The notes beneath the pieces are model-generated. The model saw nothing but the letters and a program-made list of their open reading frames with translations. It was not told the DNA's origin and did no database searches. The translations under genes were made by a program, and so were the position numbers. Below, in pieces: positions 1 through 12,993 of a DNA stretch of 64,000 bases (within the stretch, counting starts at the first letter, position 1; the number at the start of each line of letters is the position of its first letter). This DNA comes from Camelus dromedarius. Its lineage: Eukaryota. The DNA lies in NCBI RefSeq assembly GCF_036321535.1, contig NC_087436.1, positions 69,814,001 to 69,878,000 of the forward strand. Reading direction: 5' to 3'.

Positions 1-131
1 CTTTAAAAAATGCAAATTAATCAAATCCCTGTTTACAGTATACACAGAAAAGGTAAATGATTTCAGAACTTCTAAAACCTCTACTTAAAAATGAAAACTC
101 ACATGTTAATTTGACTTCTTTCTTTCAACAG

Positions 132-293
132 GTCAGTGACAGAAATGAACTACCTTCGCAGCTTTGTTTGCCCCCTTACCGATATCCATTTGGCACATAT
201 CCACCATTCCTATACCCATGGCTTAGCTACTTTTATCCTCCTATTCCAGTACCTGGGTCTGCCCCCACACCTATCCCTCTTAATGAGCAGTAA
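132..293 (+). CDS. FDCSP: Follicular dendritic cell secreted protein, last coding exon (exon 132-331; 5' exons lie outside the window)
   Basis: Acceptor ttcaacag|GTC at 131/132. Translation VSDRNELPSQLCLPPYRYPFGTYPPFLYPWLSYFYPPIPVPGSAPTPIPLNEQ* resembles the human FDCSP C-terminus (ISDSDEL...PIPIPESAPTTPLPSEK). Donor G|gtaagt at 331/332. Expected position just upstream of CSN3. Confidence 0.88.
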   Translation, partial: VSDRNELPSQLCLPPYRYPFGTYPPFLYPWLSYFYPPIPVPGSAPTPIPLNEQ

Positions 294-1156
294 ATAAGAA
301 AAATAAAGTGCAATTTAAGATGAAATAGGTGGTAAGTATATAGAGGAAAGCATGTTTTTTCTAACTTTGTTCTTTGTGGATTGAAATGCATCATTTCATG
401 AAAAAAAATGTTATAATGTTTTCACTTGGCACCACTAAGTTACAAATTATTTCAATCTTGTTCTCTGGTAGAAATTGTTAGGATCTCTACTCAGAGGTAC
501 AAACACGTGTCCTTCCATGATCCAACCAACACAGCAGCTTAAACCCCTCACTTGCTGTGATGTAATACAAATAAACTCTGTCTTATTAAAATATCTTCTG
601 CAAAATATTTTTTAACATTTTCTACTATCATCAAGGGCTGTGCATTTAAGGGCTGAATCAGAGCACTAAAGAAGGCAAAACTTTAACCAAAGATCATAAT
701 AGATGAACTTGTGGATTTAGAGTCTAAGGTAGACCTCAGCCTATTTCCTAGAAAATCATGCATTTTTCTAATTAATATTAAAACCCTAACTTCTGATGGT
801 CGCATTACAATAAAACCCTAAAGGCTGAATACTCCACTTGTAACAGAGGTCATTATCGTCTCATCATCTCAAAAACGAACTGATGGTCCGTTCGTTATCA
901 ATGAATTGAGGAAATGTAGACTATACTAAAGATTATATTAGGACCCAGAGGACAAAATCTTTCATCTAATACCAACTAGTAAAGACCTGTGACTTCTTTC
1001 CTGCAACTACTCAGTCTTCCCGAGCAGAAAGTTTCCCAGTCCTTGAACTAGATATACTTTTGAGGCACCATTTATAATTAAAAAGTAAAAAACTTACGCG
1101 TTTGCGAGCAAATGACCCACTGAGATTAATAACTATATGCCTGTGATTTATTTCAG

Positions 1157-1245
1157 GTCACTGTAAAATTGAACGTGAGCCACTTCCTTGAAGAATCCAT
1201 ACTTCTGTTAATGAAAGAAAAATAAATGTAATTGAAATATTATAC
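1157..1245 (+). other. FDCSP: FDCSP terminal non-coding exon (3' UTR)
   Basis: Acceptor tttcag|GTCAC at 1156/1157; gagccacttccttgaagaatc resembles the recalled human FDCSP 3' UTR; AATAAA at 1221-1226. The 3' end is approximate. Confidence 0.75.
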
Positions 1246-2920
1246 AGTGTTCTCTCATTAATGTATTTGGCACTCCTCTTTAGTAAACATGACAGAGAAG
1301 ATCTTGGTTTCCCATTTTCTAAGTGTGTGTTGCTGGTAGGAATGCAAAATAAATTTTAACAGATTTGAATATATACTTCCTGTTGACTAACTATTCTAGG
1401 GAAAGCATTGGGAGTGGAGGTGACCAAAATCAACCAGTCCTGGAATTACCTTGAATGAAAGTCTATTCAGTAGCTTACGGTTGTACCTCTGCTGCTTGTA
1501 TTAAGGAGAGCAGATGATGATTTAATTTTAAAAAACCTACTGAATAATTGAGTCTGATTACTCAATTATGCAACTGAATCTGTGATTTATATGCCATAGG
1601 ATATTAAGCTTGATGTGTTGGTTTAGGATATCAAATCAATCAAGTAATATCTCTAACATCAGAAAAACAAAAAGGAGATAATGGGTGGAATCCTAAAAAC
1701 AGCATTTGTATCATGCATATAGGTTATAAAGTGCTTTCTCAAATCATTATATCACAGAACCTCCACATAATCTTGGTACAGTCCTCACATCTCATATGTG
1801 GGGAAATTGAAGACCATGAAGTCCTGTGTCCTACACGCTTGTAGATCCAGTATGTAGCAGAAAAGTAAAAACCTGGATCCAAGTCTTATGCCTTATGTTT
1901 CAACAGCATATCTAGTAAAATAAATTCTGTTTCCAGGACTCCACAATGACAATGACAGCACCAAAGAAAATTCAGACTCATGCTAATAAGGGTAACTTCT
2001 ACAGCACCTCCTGTGCTAATCTAGCTGCCACACCACCATTAGAGCTGTCTTTGAAAACCTGCAATGACTTACAGTTCTGTCTTGCTCAAATGCCTTGTAA
2101 GGCTTCTTTTTGCCTCTAATACAAAGTCCATTTTCCCCCACAAGGCATTCAAGGCCCCTACATACTAAATTCCAACTTCCTTTCAAATCCCCCTCACCCC
2201 GCCCCCACCTCCAGCCCTGCCTCCCAGGCATCCTCCAGGGTCGAACAGGCCACTGCCACTCCCCACAGCTGGCCCTCCCTCACACACAACCGTGCCTTTG
2301 CTAATCATGCTCTCTCCTCATGGAATGTCCACTCCTCTGTTTCACTGTTAAAATCCAATTCATCTCTCAAGATCCAAGTCCAATATTAGGACCTGCATGA
2401 AAAACTTCCCCCTATCTCTCCAAACTGAATGAATTACTTATCATTCTGACCCTCTCCCTCTGGATTTTTTCCACTTTTTTATGAATATTATTATACTCTT
2501 CCCTCTAGTAAAACAATTCATTGGCACTTGTTTCCTTCTTGAATAGATTATAAGTTCCTGGAGTATCGCAATAATTTAACTATTCCCCAGTACTTAGCAC
2601 AGTAGAAAGTACTCCATGAAAGTTTGATAAATGGAATATATTAATAAAAGTTTCAAAATACCTAATTTTCAAAAAAAGAGCTTTTTCATATCTCTGACCT
2701 ATATGAACATCTAAGTCAGCAAAAGATACCTTCTTATTGGAGGGAAAAAATTCTTAAAATCAATATTTAAATGGTAATAGTTCTCTCTTACTTAATTGTA
2801 ACATTAACACAACAAATTGGGTAAATTTGTCTACACATACTTTGCTATAGAAACTGCAGAGCCCATAAAATGTCAAATCATGAATAAAATTCTTTGTCCC
2901 AAGACAATGCAAGCATCACT

Positions 2921-2952
2921 CACACACACACACACACACACACACACAACAC
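2921..2952. repeat. (CA)n microsatellite
   Basis: Direct reading of cacacaca... Confidence 0.95.
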
Positions 2953-2958
2953 ATAAAA

Positions 2959-4160
2959 TTCTTGAAGCATTTAACATTTTCATCAGCTATGGGAAAACCA
3001 AGCTCACAGGTTTTCAGTTTATCAAGTATGTTTTCCCTCCCATACAAAGCAATGCATACAGTAAAGGTTTTGTGAAATTTGTTGAGGAACAATTTGTCCT
3101 ACTTATCAGTTCCCATAAATCCCATGATGAACACGCTAGAAACAAACCCCTGCAGGAGAAAAAGGTAGCAGGTGGCATTGAAAAGAGCCTTCCTATAGTC
3201 TGTGACAGACTCATCCAACAAGATTCTACTCGCAAAAGGAACTTTCATTGTATCACAATGGCAGCCTTTGTCCCACAGGTAAATGATCAGGAAATCAGAA
3301 AAGTTCTCCGAGTGATGACTACATTTCTCCACACCAAGTTTAAGTTGTTCATTGCTGAGATCCTTAGCATTATTGCGGGAAACTCTACCATGACCCCATG
3401 ACCCGTAAGCTGGCTAAAGATCAAGGCCAGCCTAATGAGCCTCTTGGCGTGGCTTGAGCAAGGAAACTGCTGTCTCTCTTGGCCATTTTCAGGGATTAGA
3501 GGTTCCTCCAACATTAAACATTTATTCTTCGGTATTAAAGTCAGTGATCCCAGTCCACGATGCGAATGACAACAAAGTGGACCAAACTGTCTTCAATACA
3601 ATTTGGTAAATTAATTTTATAGGAATTGTTCCCTATCCTTACAGCTGACAGGTTGTAGGTCACTGAATGATTAGTGAAAGGTAGTCATGGGAAAGCAAAC
3701 GGAGGGACACAAAGGTAGAATTCAGAGCCCCGAAGAGGGGCCAAAGGAAAATCCTGGCTGCTCTGAAGATTAGGAGGGCCAGCTCTGCAAGTAATTCACT
3801 ATCTTCCCTCCTATTTTTTTTTGACTTTGATGTATTTCTTAACTCTCAGATTAGAATTTTTATGTTATTCACCTCAAATTATGTCATTGTAACTTCCTGG
3901 GGGAAAAATAAAACACTGTCATTTACTTTTAACTGCTGGATTTGTGAAGCAAATAAACTCTATTACGATTAATAAGTTTTTCCCCCAGTGGATTTGGGCA
4001 AAGTCCTTCCTGGTCCTGACATCTTTGATTATTGTGGTTAATGGGATAGTTTTCCATATAAATCTGTCAATCGAACCTCCACTTTCCTCTGTAACCCAGT
4101 GTTGGCTAACAGAGACAGGAGCCACTAAATCACTGTTTACTAGGGTGTTTCTTGAAGCAT
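2959..4160 (+). other. Unidentified coding-like segment (possible decayed retrocopy or endogenous viral element)
   Basis: Stop-free frame to 3401 that can be extended through frameshifts; about 13 CpGs versus about 1 in each flank; flanked by the 12-bp direct repeat ttcttgaagcat (2959-2970 and 4149-4160). Product not recognised. Confidence 0.3.
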
Positions 4161-5070
4161 AATCTCACTAGATGCCCCCCCCCAAATAAGTATTTATCCC
4201 CAAAATATCTCTTGGAAATTTATAGTATATCTACACATAGTAACATTCTTGAAAATGCCAGTTTAAAAAATCATTTTGCTTAAATACATTTGCCAAACTA
4301 TATTGACCATAGAATGATGCTCATCTCATCTAAAACAGCTGGCAAAATTAGTGTGTCCCCGAACACATTAAGCCATTTTAAAATGTAATCAGAGATACTA
4401 CATAGCACATTCATGTACAGTTTATATAATAATTATTAAAAGAGGCTTTCATGGAATAGTAAACAGAGAGCTAAATTCATCTCCATTATTCTGTTACTTC
4501 CTTGGGGAGACAACTCACATGTCCCTCAGGTTTCACCCATTCATTAAGAAACTAAGTATTATTTTTGTGGCACTTGTGCTAAATGCTAAAGATTTAGAGT
4601 AAAGTAGTTTTTTTCACCTTTAAGGATTGTACAGTCTACTGAGGGGAGATAAACATATATACAATTTCAATAAATGTAATTAGTGCTCCAAAAAAGTATT
4701 CATGGAGGTTTTTTGTTTGTTTGTTTTTGTATTTTAAGCAAAGGGAAAATTAGCTCTGCCTACACAAATTAGGAAAGGTCCCATTAGTGACTTTGAGCTG
4801 AACCTTAATGGATAAATAGGTTACTGACAATGAGATAAGCACAAATTAGATGCTCAACAGATGTTTACCAGGCAGATAAATTCAACACTAAAATTGGTAT
4901 TTTTAATGACATCAACTCAGCAAAATAAAAGAAAGAAAAATGGAAATAAAATAGAAGCTATTTCTAATGAATATATAAATAAGTATATAAACTTGTTTTA
5001 TTCTTAGAAATAACCTCTGACCTGAGAAAGAAAGGAAAGATAGTAAGTATCTTAGCAATAGTTTTGTTCA

Positions 5071-5210
5071 GGGGTTGGAAGGCATAGATCAGTGGTAGAG
5101 TGCGTGCCTAGCATGCATGAGGTCCTGGGTTCAATCCTCAGTACCTCCATTTAATAAATAAATAAATAAACTGAATTACCACTCCCCAAAAATAAAATGT
5201 TAAAAATGCT
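5071..5210 (+). mobile_element. Camelid tRNA-derived SINE (Vic-1-like)
   Basis: A-box-like tagatcagtggtag, B-box ggttcaatcc, (AAAT)n tail, probable target-site duplication ttgttcag on both sides. Confidence 0.85.
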
Positions 5211-6394
5211 CTTGTTCAGAATATAACATTTATGTTATACAGATATAGAGAACAAGTATCACCTGATAAGTAATTTTCTTATGTAAGTAGCAAAGATATC
5301 CACAAGATTGTATTTTCCCAGATTTCTATGTCAATTTATTAATAATACCCAGGGAGTGTTGAAAACTTCTGGCCAAAGCTGGCTCAAATCAAGGTAGCCG
5401 AAGGAAGTTAACAGCAACAAAACAAGGTGAAAAGTGAGGCACTGACAACTGAAGTGCCCTCCTTTCAATAACTTAAGAAAGCCTCCAGTTTGCCTCAACA
5501 ATCCAAAACTTTGGTACTGGAATGAAATAAGACCAGAAGACCATGCTGAAATCCAGCTGCAGTCGCTCCAAATGAGAGCCCAGCTACAGCCAAGCTTCCC
5601 AGCAGTCAGGGAAAGTCAGTTCTAATGCTCTCCAGAAAAATTAACCCCAGAAAAACACATCTCTTAACCACATATACTAGCTCTTCAGTGAAATAAATCA
5701 GAATTTCAGGGGAAACAGACAATACGCCTGTCTACTTTAGAAATTCTTCATGACCAGGTTCTGACTTCATCAAGAAGAAAGTAGTGATTCCCAGACTTCC
5801 ACTTGCTGTCTTGAATGGTCAGAAAGGAAAAAAAGACCTACTGGAGTAAACATAAGACCAAGTTCTAGAGGGTCCTAGGATCATACTGGATAAATAACAC
5901 TTTATAGAAATAAAAAGTTTTCTTGATTACTCCTTGTATTTTGTAATGTGTGTCTTTAAAAGGAACCTGGAAACCCTGGGATCCTAAAAGTTACTAAAGT
6001 ATGAATTTATGTGTGCACTAATGCTAAAGTCGTAATGAAACCCAACTCTGGGCTCCAGATGACATGTCTCCTCACAGCCTCTCTATCAATGTCCAACAGA
6101 AAGCATGTTCTCTTTAGATGTTCTCTGCAAATAGAGATCGTGGCTATCTACTGTATTCCTCAAAGAGCCTCATTTTTAGTAAGAGCCATATATATCTGTA
6201 CATTGCTTATTAAACTGAATGATGTATAGGAGGGCAAAATTGTGATATTCCATTTTGCTAATGTTGAAAAAATTTTAAGAATGTTTTATGCTGTTTTCCC
6301 AGGATTTTTACATTTCACAGCAATAGCTTCTAAAGCGTACAAATTTCTTTTTTTTTATAACTTGCAAGTTTAAAATTTTATATTTATAGACTTC

Positions 6395-8048
6395 TTTTTT
6401 TAATTTATTGAAGGATAGCTGATTTACAATGTTTTGGGTATACAACAGTGATTCAGTTATGTATTCATAACTTTTATAAGTTATATATATATAAACATAT
6501 ATTTCAAATTCATTCCCATTGTAATTTATTACAAGATATTGAATAGAATTCCCTGTGCTATACAATAGATCCTAGTTGTTTGTTTATTTTATATATAGTA
6601 GTGTGTATCTGTTAATGTCAAACTCTTAATTTATCCCCTACTCTTTCCCCTTTGGTAACCATAAGTTTGTTTTCCATGTTGGTAATTCTATTTCTGTATT
6701 GTAAAGAATTTCATTTGTATCATTTTTTTTAGATTCCACATATAAGTGATATGATATGATATTTGTCTTTCTCTAACTTATTCATTTAGTATGATGTTCT
6801 TTGCATCCATCCATGTTGCTGCAAATGGCATTATTTCATTCTTTTTTATGGCTGAGTAATACTCCTCTCTGTATATGTGTGTGTGTGTGCACGCGCGCGC
6901 ACAAACACCACATCTTCTCTATCCAGTCGTCTGTTGATGGACATTTAGGTTGCTCCCACACCTTAGCTATTATAAATAGTGCTGCTATGAACATTGGGGT
7001 GCGTTAGAGTTTTTGAATTAGAGTTTTCATCTTTTTAACTTAGAGTTTTCATCTTTTCTGGATATATGCCCAGGAGTGGGATTCATGGATCATATGGTAA
7101 CTCTATTTTTATTTTTTTAAGGAAACCCCAAACTGTTCTTTATAGTGGCGGCACAAATTTACATTCCCACCAACAGTGTAGGAGAGTTCCCTTTTCTCCA
7201 TACCCTCTCCAGCATTTATTATTTGTAGATTTTTTTGATGATGGCCATTCTAACTGGTGTGAGGTGATACCTCATTGTAGTTTTGATTTGCATTTCTCTA
7301 ATAATGAGTAATGTTGAGTATCTTTCCATGTGCTTATTGGCCATCTGTATATCTTCTCTGGAGAACTATTTAAGTCTTCTGCCCATCTTTTGATTGGGTT
7401 GTAGTTTTGTTTTGTTTTGATATTGAGCTGTATAAGCCATTTGTATATTTTGGAAATGAATCCCTTGTCATTCACATCATTTGCAAATAGTTTCTCCCAT
7501 TCTATAGGTTATCTCTTTGTTTTGTTTATGGTTTCCTATGGTGTGCGAAAACTTTTAAGTTTAATAATATTCCATTTGTTTCCATTACTCTAGGAAACAG
7601 ATCTAAAAAAATATTGCTGCAATTTATGTCAAAGAATGTTCTATGTTTTCCTCTATTAATTGTATGGTATCCAGTCTTACATTTAGGTCTTTAATTCATT
7701 TTGAGTTTATTTTTGTATATGGTGTTGGAAAATGTTCTAATTTCATTCTTTTACATGTAGCTGTCTAGCTTCCCTGGCACCACTTATTGAAGAGACCATT
7801 CAAACAAAAAATTCTTAAATTTGTATGGAAACACAGAAGACCCTGAATAGCCAAAATAACCTTGAGAAAGAAGAATGGAGCTGGAGGAATCAAGCTGCCT
7901 GATCTCAGACCACACCACAGAGCCATAGCAATCAAAATAGTATAGTACTGGCACAAAAACAGACACACAGATCAATGGAACAGGATAGAAAACCCAGAAA
8001 CAAGCCACGCACCTGTGGTCAATCAATCTATGACAGAGGAGGCAAGAA
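6395..8048 (-). mobile_element. 5'-truncated LINE-1 with 5' inversion (antisense 3' part about 6395-7796, sense ORF2 piece about 7800-8048)
   Basis: T-rich tail, antisense L1 3' UTR and ORF2 C-terminus (cattcccaccaacagtgtaggagagttccc), then sense ORF2 (ggcacaaaaacagacacacagatcaatggaac). Candidate TSD tatagacttc 6385-6394 / tattgacttc 8049-8058. Confidence 0.88.
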
Positions 8049-8444
8049 TATTGACTTCATTCTAAAAATAAAGTTGGACTGGCTCTACATTCTAGGTTCA
8101 AATCATTAAACAAAACTTGATAAACATTGTCTTCTGGTCTTTTGGCATATAATGTTCATGGGTTCTGATTCATATTAGTTTCCTTTTTATTTCTATTCAT
8201 TTTTAGGATTTTCTTTTGATTTTTATAATATTAAGATTTTAATTGAATTTGATTTTTTACAACTTTCATTATGTGGTATTTCACAAAGTCTTCCAAAGAA
8301 AAGTGCAAAGTCTTTATCCAAGCCTGGGGGTTGTTTTCTATTATTGGTTTAATGTAATTCTACCTACTGTGATCTCAGTTCTCAGATATCTTTAAACTCT
8401 TACATATATATTAGATCTTGTTCATCTTTTTTTGTATATATATA

Positions 8445-8940
8445 TTTTTTATTGAATTATAGTCAGTTTACAATGTGTCAATTTCTGGTGTACAGCATAA
8501 TGCTTTAGTCATACATGAATATACATATATTTGTTTTCATATTCTTTTTCAACATGTTACTGTAAGAAATTTAATATAGTTCCCAGTGCCATACAGTATA
8601 AACTTGTTGTTCATCTGATTTTTTATATATTTATTAGTATCTGTAAATCTCAAACTACCAATTTAATCCTTCCCACCTCCTTCTCCCGCCAGTAACCACA
8701 ATTTTGTTTTCTATATCTATGAGTCTGTTTCTGTTTTGTAAATAAGTTCATTTGGTTTTTTTGTTTGTATGTGTGTTTGTTTGTTTTAGATTCCACATAC
8801 AAGTGAATTCATATGGCATTTTTCTTTCTCTCTCTGGCTTACTTCACTTACAATGACAATCTCCAAGCCCATCTGTGTTGCTGCAAGTGGCATTATTTTA
8901 TTATTTTTTATGGCTGAGTAGTATACCATTGTATAAATAT
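8445..8940 (-). mobile_element. LINE-1 3' end fragment
   Basis: Same antisense L1 3' UTR motifs as 6400-6870 (ttagattccacat, ttttttatggctgagta). Confidence 0.8.
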
Positions 8941-10976
8941 GTATCAAAGGATGAAAGTTTGAAATGCTTTGTTTTCCTCTACAGTCCTGCAGGCTTGTTT
9001 CCCCTCTAGATATCTTTCCTGGATTTGGATATTCTGAAAATTAACAAGACAGGTCAACTCATAGTTTTCCCTCTAAGAGGAGCTTTAAGACAATGAGTCA
9101 GGGTTAGCCAGCATAGCTATCAAGGTAATTACCAGTTCCTGAGTGACACTGAGTATCCCATTTTCTCTGTTTCTCCTCCTTCGCTCCCCCACCCACTTTC
9201 CCTTTCATCTTCTTTTTCTTTTCCCCATCTATTCTCTTAATCTTTTCTTTGCTTTCATTGTTATTTTTCAAGAGGCCTATTAAACATGTGCTCCAATGCG
9301 TATCTTGAATGAGAAATCCTCACCATATTATTTTAAGCAGTGTTTTGGGGGACCTCATGAGAGAATCTGAAGGTATTTTATATATCTACTTCACATTTTT
9401 ATTGAGGAAGTTCTTGGGCCAGCCCCCTTTGATTCTAAAAATGAATCTATGTGTTTTAGAATAATATCTATGCACTTTACTCATGGTTATATAAACCCAG
9501 TCATTGTACACAATATGGAAGGTCTCATAATTTTAGTACCATAACATGCCAACTATATATTTTAGAGTGGTGGTTCTTTTTGCCAATTATGGTTATGCAT
9601 TTTGATTTTGATGTTATTCACTAGGATTAACCTTCATGATTTTGAAACATACAAATTTCTGCACTAAAATGTTACTTTTCAGATGCCTTAAGAATTAATC
9701 ATATAGAGAGTTGTTAGTGATTTACGCTGCAACTATCACAAACCCTGTTGTACTTCAAGCGTACAGTAGAGTATTGAGATAAGCCTGACACTAATGAAGT
9801 TGCTGAAAAATAAAGTGGGACCAAAAATAATAATAAAACCACATGCATATGAATACCACCAAAAGAAAATAAAGTACATATCAGATGTAAAAACACTAAC
9901 AGAATAAGAGGAAGTTGTTATGGGTAAAAGAATGCATATAAGTCTATAATCATCATTTCACTTACTACAAAAATATTTATTTCACAGTGCCAGAAGTATG
10001 AACTTCTCACAAAACACAATAGCTCCACTGCGTGAGAGTTATATAAATGGACACTTCCTATCAGTATCTAAACAAGAGGAAGCTGTTGCTTGACTGAGAA
10101 GCCCTGCTGGTCCTCCTCCCATACTCCAGGGATGTTTCAGGAGTTGGCTTTGGCCCCTCAGATGAATATGTGACTAGATCAAGGCTGGTGAATCAGTTAT
10201 AGATCACAAACACAGTAAGTTTTGAGGCTTTGTTCAACATCAACCCAACATCCTGGGAGATTTCTTTTCATAGGAGTTCTGATTCTCCCTTTGCTTTACT
10301 TTGGAAAACACCAGGGTATCTGAATAGCTCCAATATATAATTCACCTGGATCATCTACAACAATCACTCAAAAGTCTTTTAGCTCTCTTAGATTGCCTTA
10401 GGTCAATAAATATGACATGAGGAATGTTCAGTGTCACTAGTACTGGGTAAGCGTTAGACTATCAGCTTCACAAGGGCAACAATTTTTGCCTGCTTTGGTT
10501 ACTAATTAATCCTTAATGTCAGGAACAGTATCTGAAATAATTTAAGTGCTCAAAGAATAATATCCAGTTTTGCAAAGTTCCCAAGAGACCTAGGTTAGTG
10601 TCTGAAGTAGATGGGAGACCCCTGCTGTAGAATTGTTTTTCTGTCAGTAGGGGTGAGGATACCAAGCATTCCCAGGTGAAATACATTATGCTGACAAAAC
10701 AATATCATTGAAGGTATTCTGATCCTCTGGTACTTGTGAATTAAATAAAGACTCAACTGAAAGTCAGTATCATTCTACGGCTCTAAATCAATGGCTGAGA
10801 AATTACCATGTGGAATAGAGCACCTTCATGATTTGGGGACTGATCAGACCATAGTCTTCTAAGCATCATTTGACCCTAATGATCAAAGGAAAATGATGTG
10901 ACTGAACAGTCCAAATAGAATGGCTGGTCTTCTTCCTTTAGCAGCTTGTTTTAGCAATTTTGAAACTCTGCCATCT

Positions 10977-11277
10977 TTCTCTGAACAGCAGAAGCCAACT
11001 ATTCTGAGAAATAGAAAATCTCAACTTACTCTGTGCAAACTGAATAAACATTTTAGGGTTCTAAATATCACTCCTAACTTTCTAAGACATGAAATACTTC
11101 TAAGAAAAAGAGGACTACAACACAATGCTCTTATTATTTCTTGTTTGTGTTCTGGCAGTCCTCATTGATTCCTGTAAATACCTCAATCTGGCCAAGGACT
11201 TCATAGCTAAGGTGAAGTCACAGTTAACATTTTTTTCCCCAGAGAAATGTATGCAAAAGAAAATATTCTTCTCTGAA
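10977..11277. promoter_or_regulatory. Cluster of four STAT5-type GAS motifs (TTCnnnGAA), putative CSN3 upstream enhancer
   Basis: TTCTCTGAA 10977-10985, TTCTGAGAA 11002-11010, TTCTAAGAA 11098-11106 and TTCTCTGAA 11269-11277, about 0.8-1.1 kb upstream of exon 1; octamer ATGCAAAT at 11545-11552. Casein genes are known STAT5 targets. Confidence 0.6.
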
Positions 11278-12080
11278 TCATCTAAGCAAATTATTTGGTT
11301 AGCTATATTTTACCAAAATATCTCCCATATTGGTAGTTTTATGATATATACTTTGTAAGTTAGAATGAGCTGTCTTTGAAACAAAACAATTATTCTGAAT
11401 TCAATAATTTAATTTTGTATTTCCCGAATGTTTCACCTGTATTATTGAAATTTAAAAATCTAAATGCAACATTGATTCATAAAAGGTTAATCAATCAGCA
11501 AGTATACACTGAATGTTTATACCATGAACTTACTGAAGAATAAAATGCAAATGGCTTTGCTACTTTATATTGATTAAAATATTTCATATTTAGATTTAAC
11601 TTGTATGAAGTTGCTCTTGGGTATTTAAGAAATGGTCTGTTTTCTAATTTCTAAAAATCAATGATTGTAATTCTGGAAGGAAGATGACCAACCACAGCCC
11701 ATAATATATATAGAGGGTCACTTGATATCCAGGTTCTTAAACTAAAAAGAAACATTTGAATATAAAAGTGTTGTGACCAGCTATTATCATTTTAACAATA
11801 CCTTCCAATTCAAATAGGTGGAATTCGTTGATTGAGAATGCAATTAATTTTTTAAAACTCCTCTATATTTTTTCATAAAACATACAAATGCATTCTTAAA
11901 AAGGTGGATAGTCTCTTTTCAAGCTTTATAAATGACAACTCTGTTTCCTCCTATGCATTTCACTAACCACAACTGACACAAAGATGACTCTGCTATCGTC
12001 AAATCTTTCCTTTTTGTCATCTTCCTATTGGGTGTAATGTAGGAGGAAGATAAATCACATGATGCAAAGCACTAACACCC

Positions 12081-12176
12081 TTTAATTAGTCTCCAGTTAT
12101 TTACCTTGGGTCTTCTTTATAGTTGAGAGGCCAGCTCAACCTACTGCCAAGCAAGACCTGACAGGCACAAGGGAAG
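12081..12176 (+). promoter_or_regulatory. CSN3: CSN3 TATA-like box (tttaatta, 12081-12088) and non-coding exon 1 (about 12112-12176)
   Basis: Casein-type TTTAAT box followed by an exon ending gggaag|gtaatc at 12176/12177. The start is inferred from the recalled exon length of about 65 nt. Confidence 0.8.
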
Positions 12177-12799
12177 GTAATCAAATTGAAATGTCCAGAG
12201 AGAATGACTCTTTTTCACAGGAGTTAATCATAATTTCTTCCTCTTAGTTTTTATTGCTAAGCTTGAATATGCCTTGGCATCATTTTGACATTAGTTTCTA
12301 ACCTAAACCTTAGATTCTGTATAATGTTATGATTAAATTTATTTTTAACTTCACTTTGGGTTATTATTATCTTCACTACTGGCTAAACTACTGAAGACAA
12401 TGTAAATTGTAAAGAAAAGTTGTTCAAGACAATGAACTTATTCCTACAGACATATGTGGAGGGCTAACTTCTCAGAAAGATGAATGTGTCATAATAATCC
12501 AGATTGACCCCTTAACTAATTTAAAATTTTTATTTCTATCTAAAGATTATAATTTTATATGTTACGGTATAACTTTTTTAAAAATTATGAGTTACATATC
12601 CTCACGAAAGCTGAATAGTTCTGCTGTTTCATAGACTTTTCCATCAAGTACTCATTGGTTTAAGTAACATAAGTAAATTATGGTCTTATCTCTCTGATTT
12701 CTGTTTATGCTAAAAAAGAGGATCTACTGTCATTTTACAGATTGCTTGTGTGACTGTGTGTGTAAGTCTGTATATGTGTTATAATTTTGCTTGAATTGA

Positions 12800-12993
12800 A
12801 AACATCCTAAGAGAGATCTTAACTATTCCAACTACAAAAAAGAAATGATAATTATGTGACATGATAGAAGTGGTAATTATCACTACAATGGCAATCACAT
12901 TACAATATATAAATATATCAAATCAACATGTCATATAATTTAAATTTACACAATGTTATATGTCTAATATATTTGTGTTAAAAAATGAAAAAA
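12800..12993 (+). mobile_element. Old LINE-1 3' end fragment in CSN3 intron 1
   Basis: L1M-type terminus (aaatttacacaatgttatatgtc...aaaaaatgaaaaaa). Confidence 0.65.

Noticed and set aside
57..131. ATG at 57 as the FDCSP start (and TTG 18896 as the CSN3 start)
   Set aside because: Intronic read-through upstream of the true splice acceptors at 132 and 18911.
5071..5150. tRNA gene
   Set aside because: Degenerate cloverleaf with an AT-rich tail and TSD, so a tRNA-derived SINE.
6308..8026. Several 60-85 aa ORFs (also 28977-30057, 34691-34948 and 25401-25619)
   Set aside because: Fragments of LINE-1 sequence.
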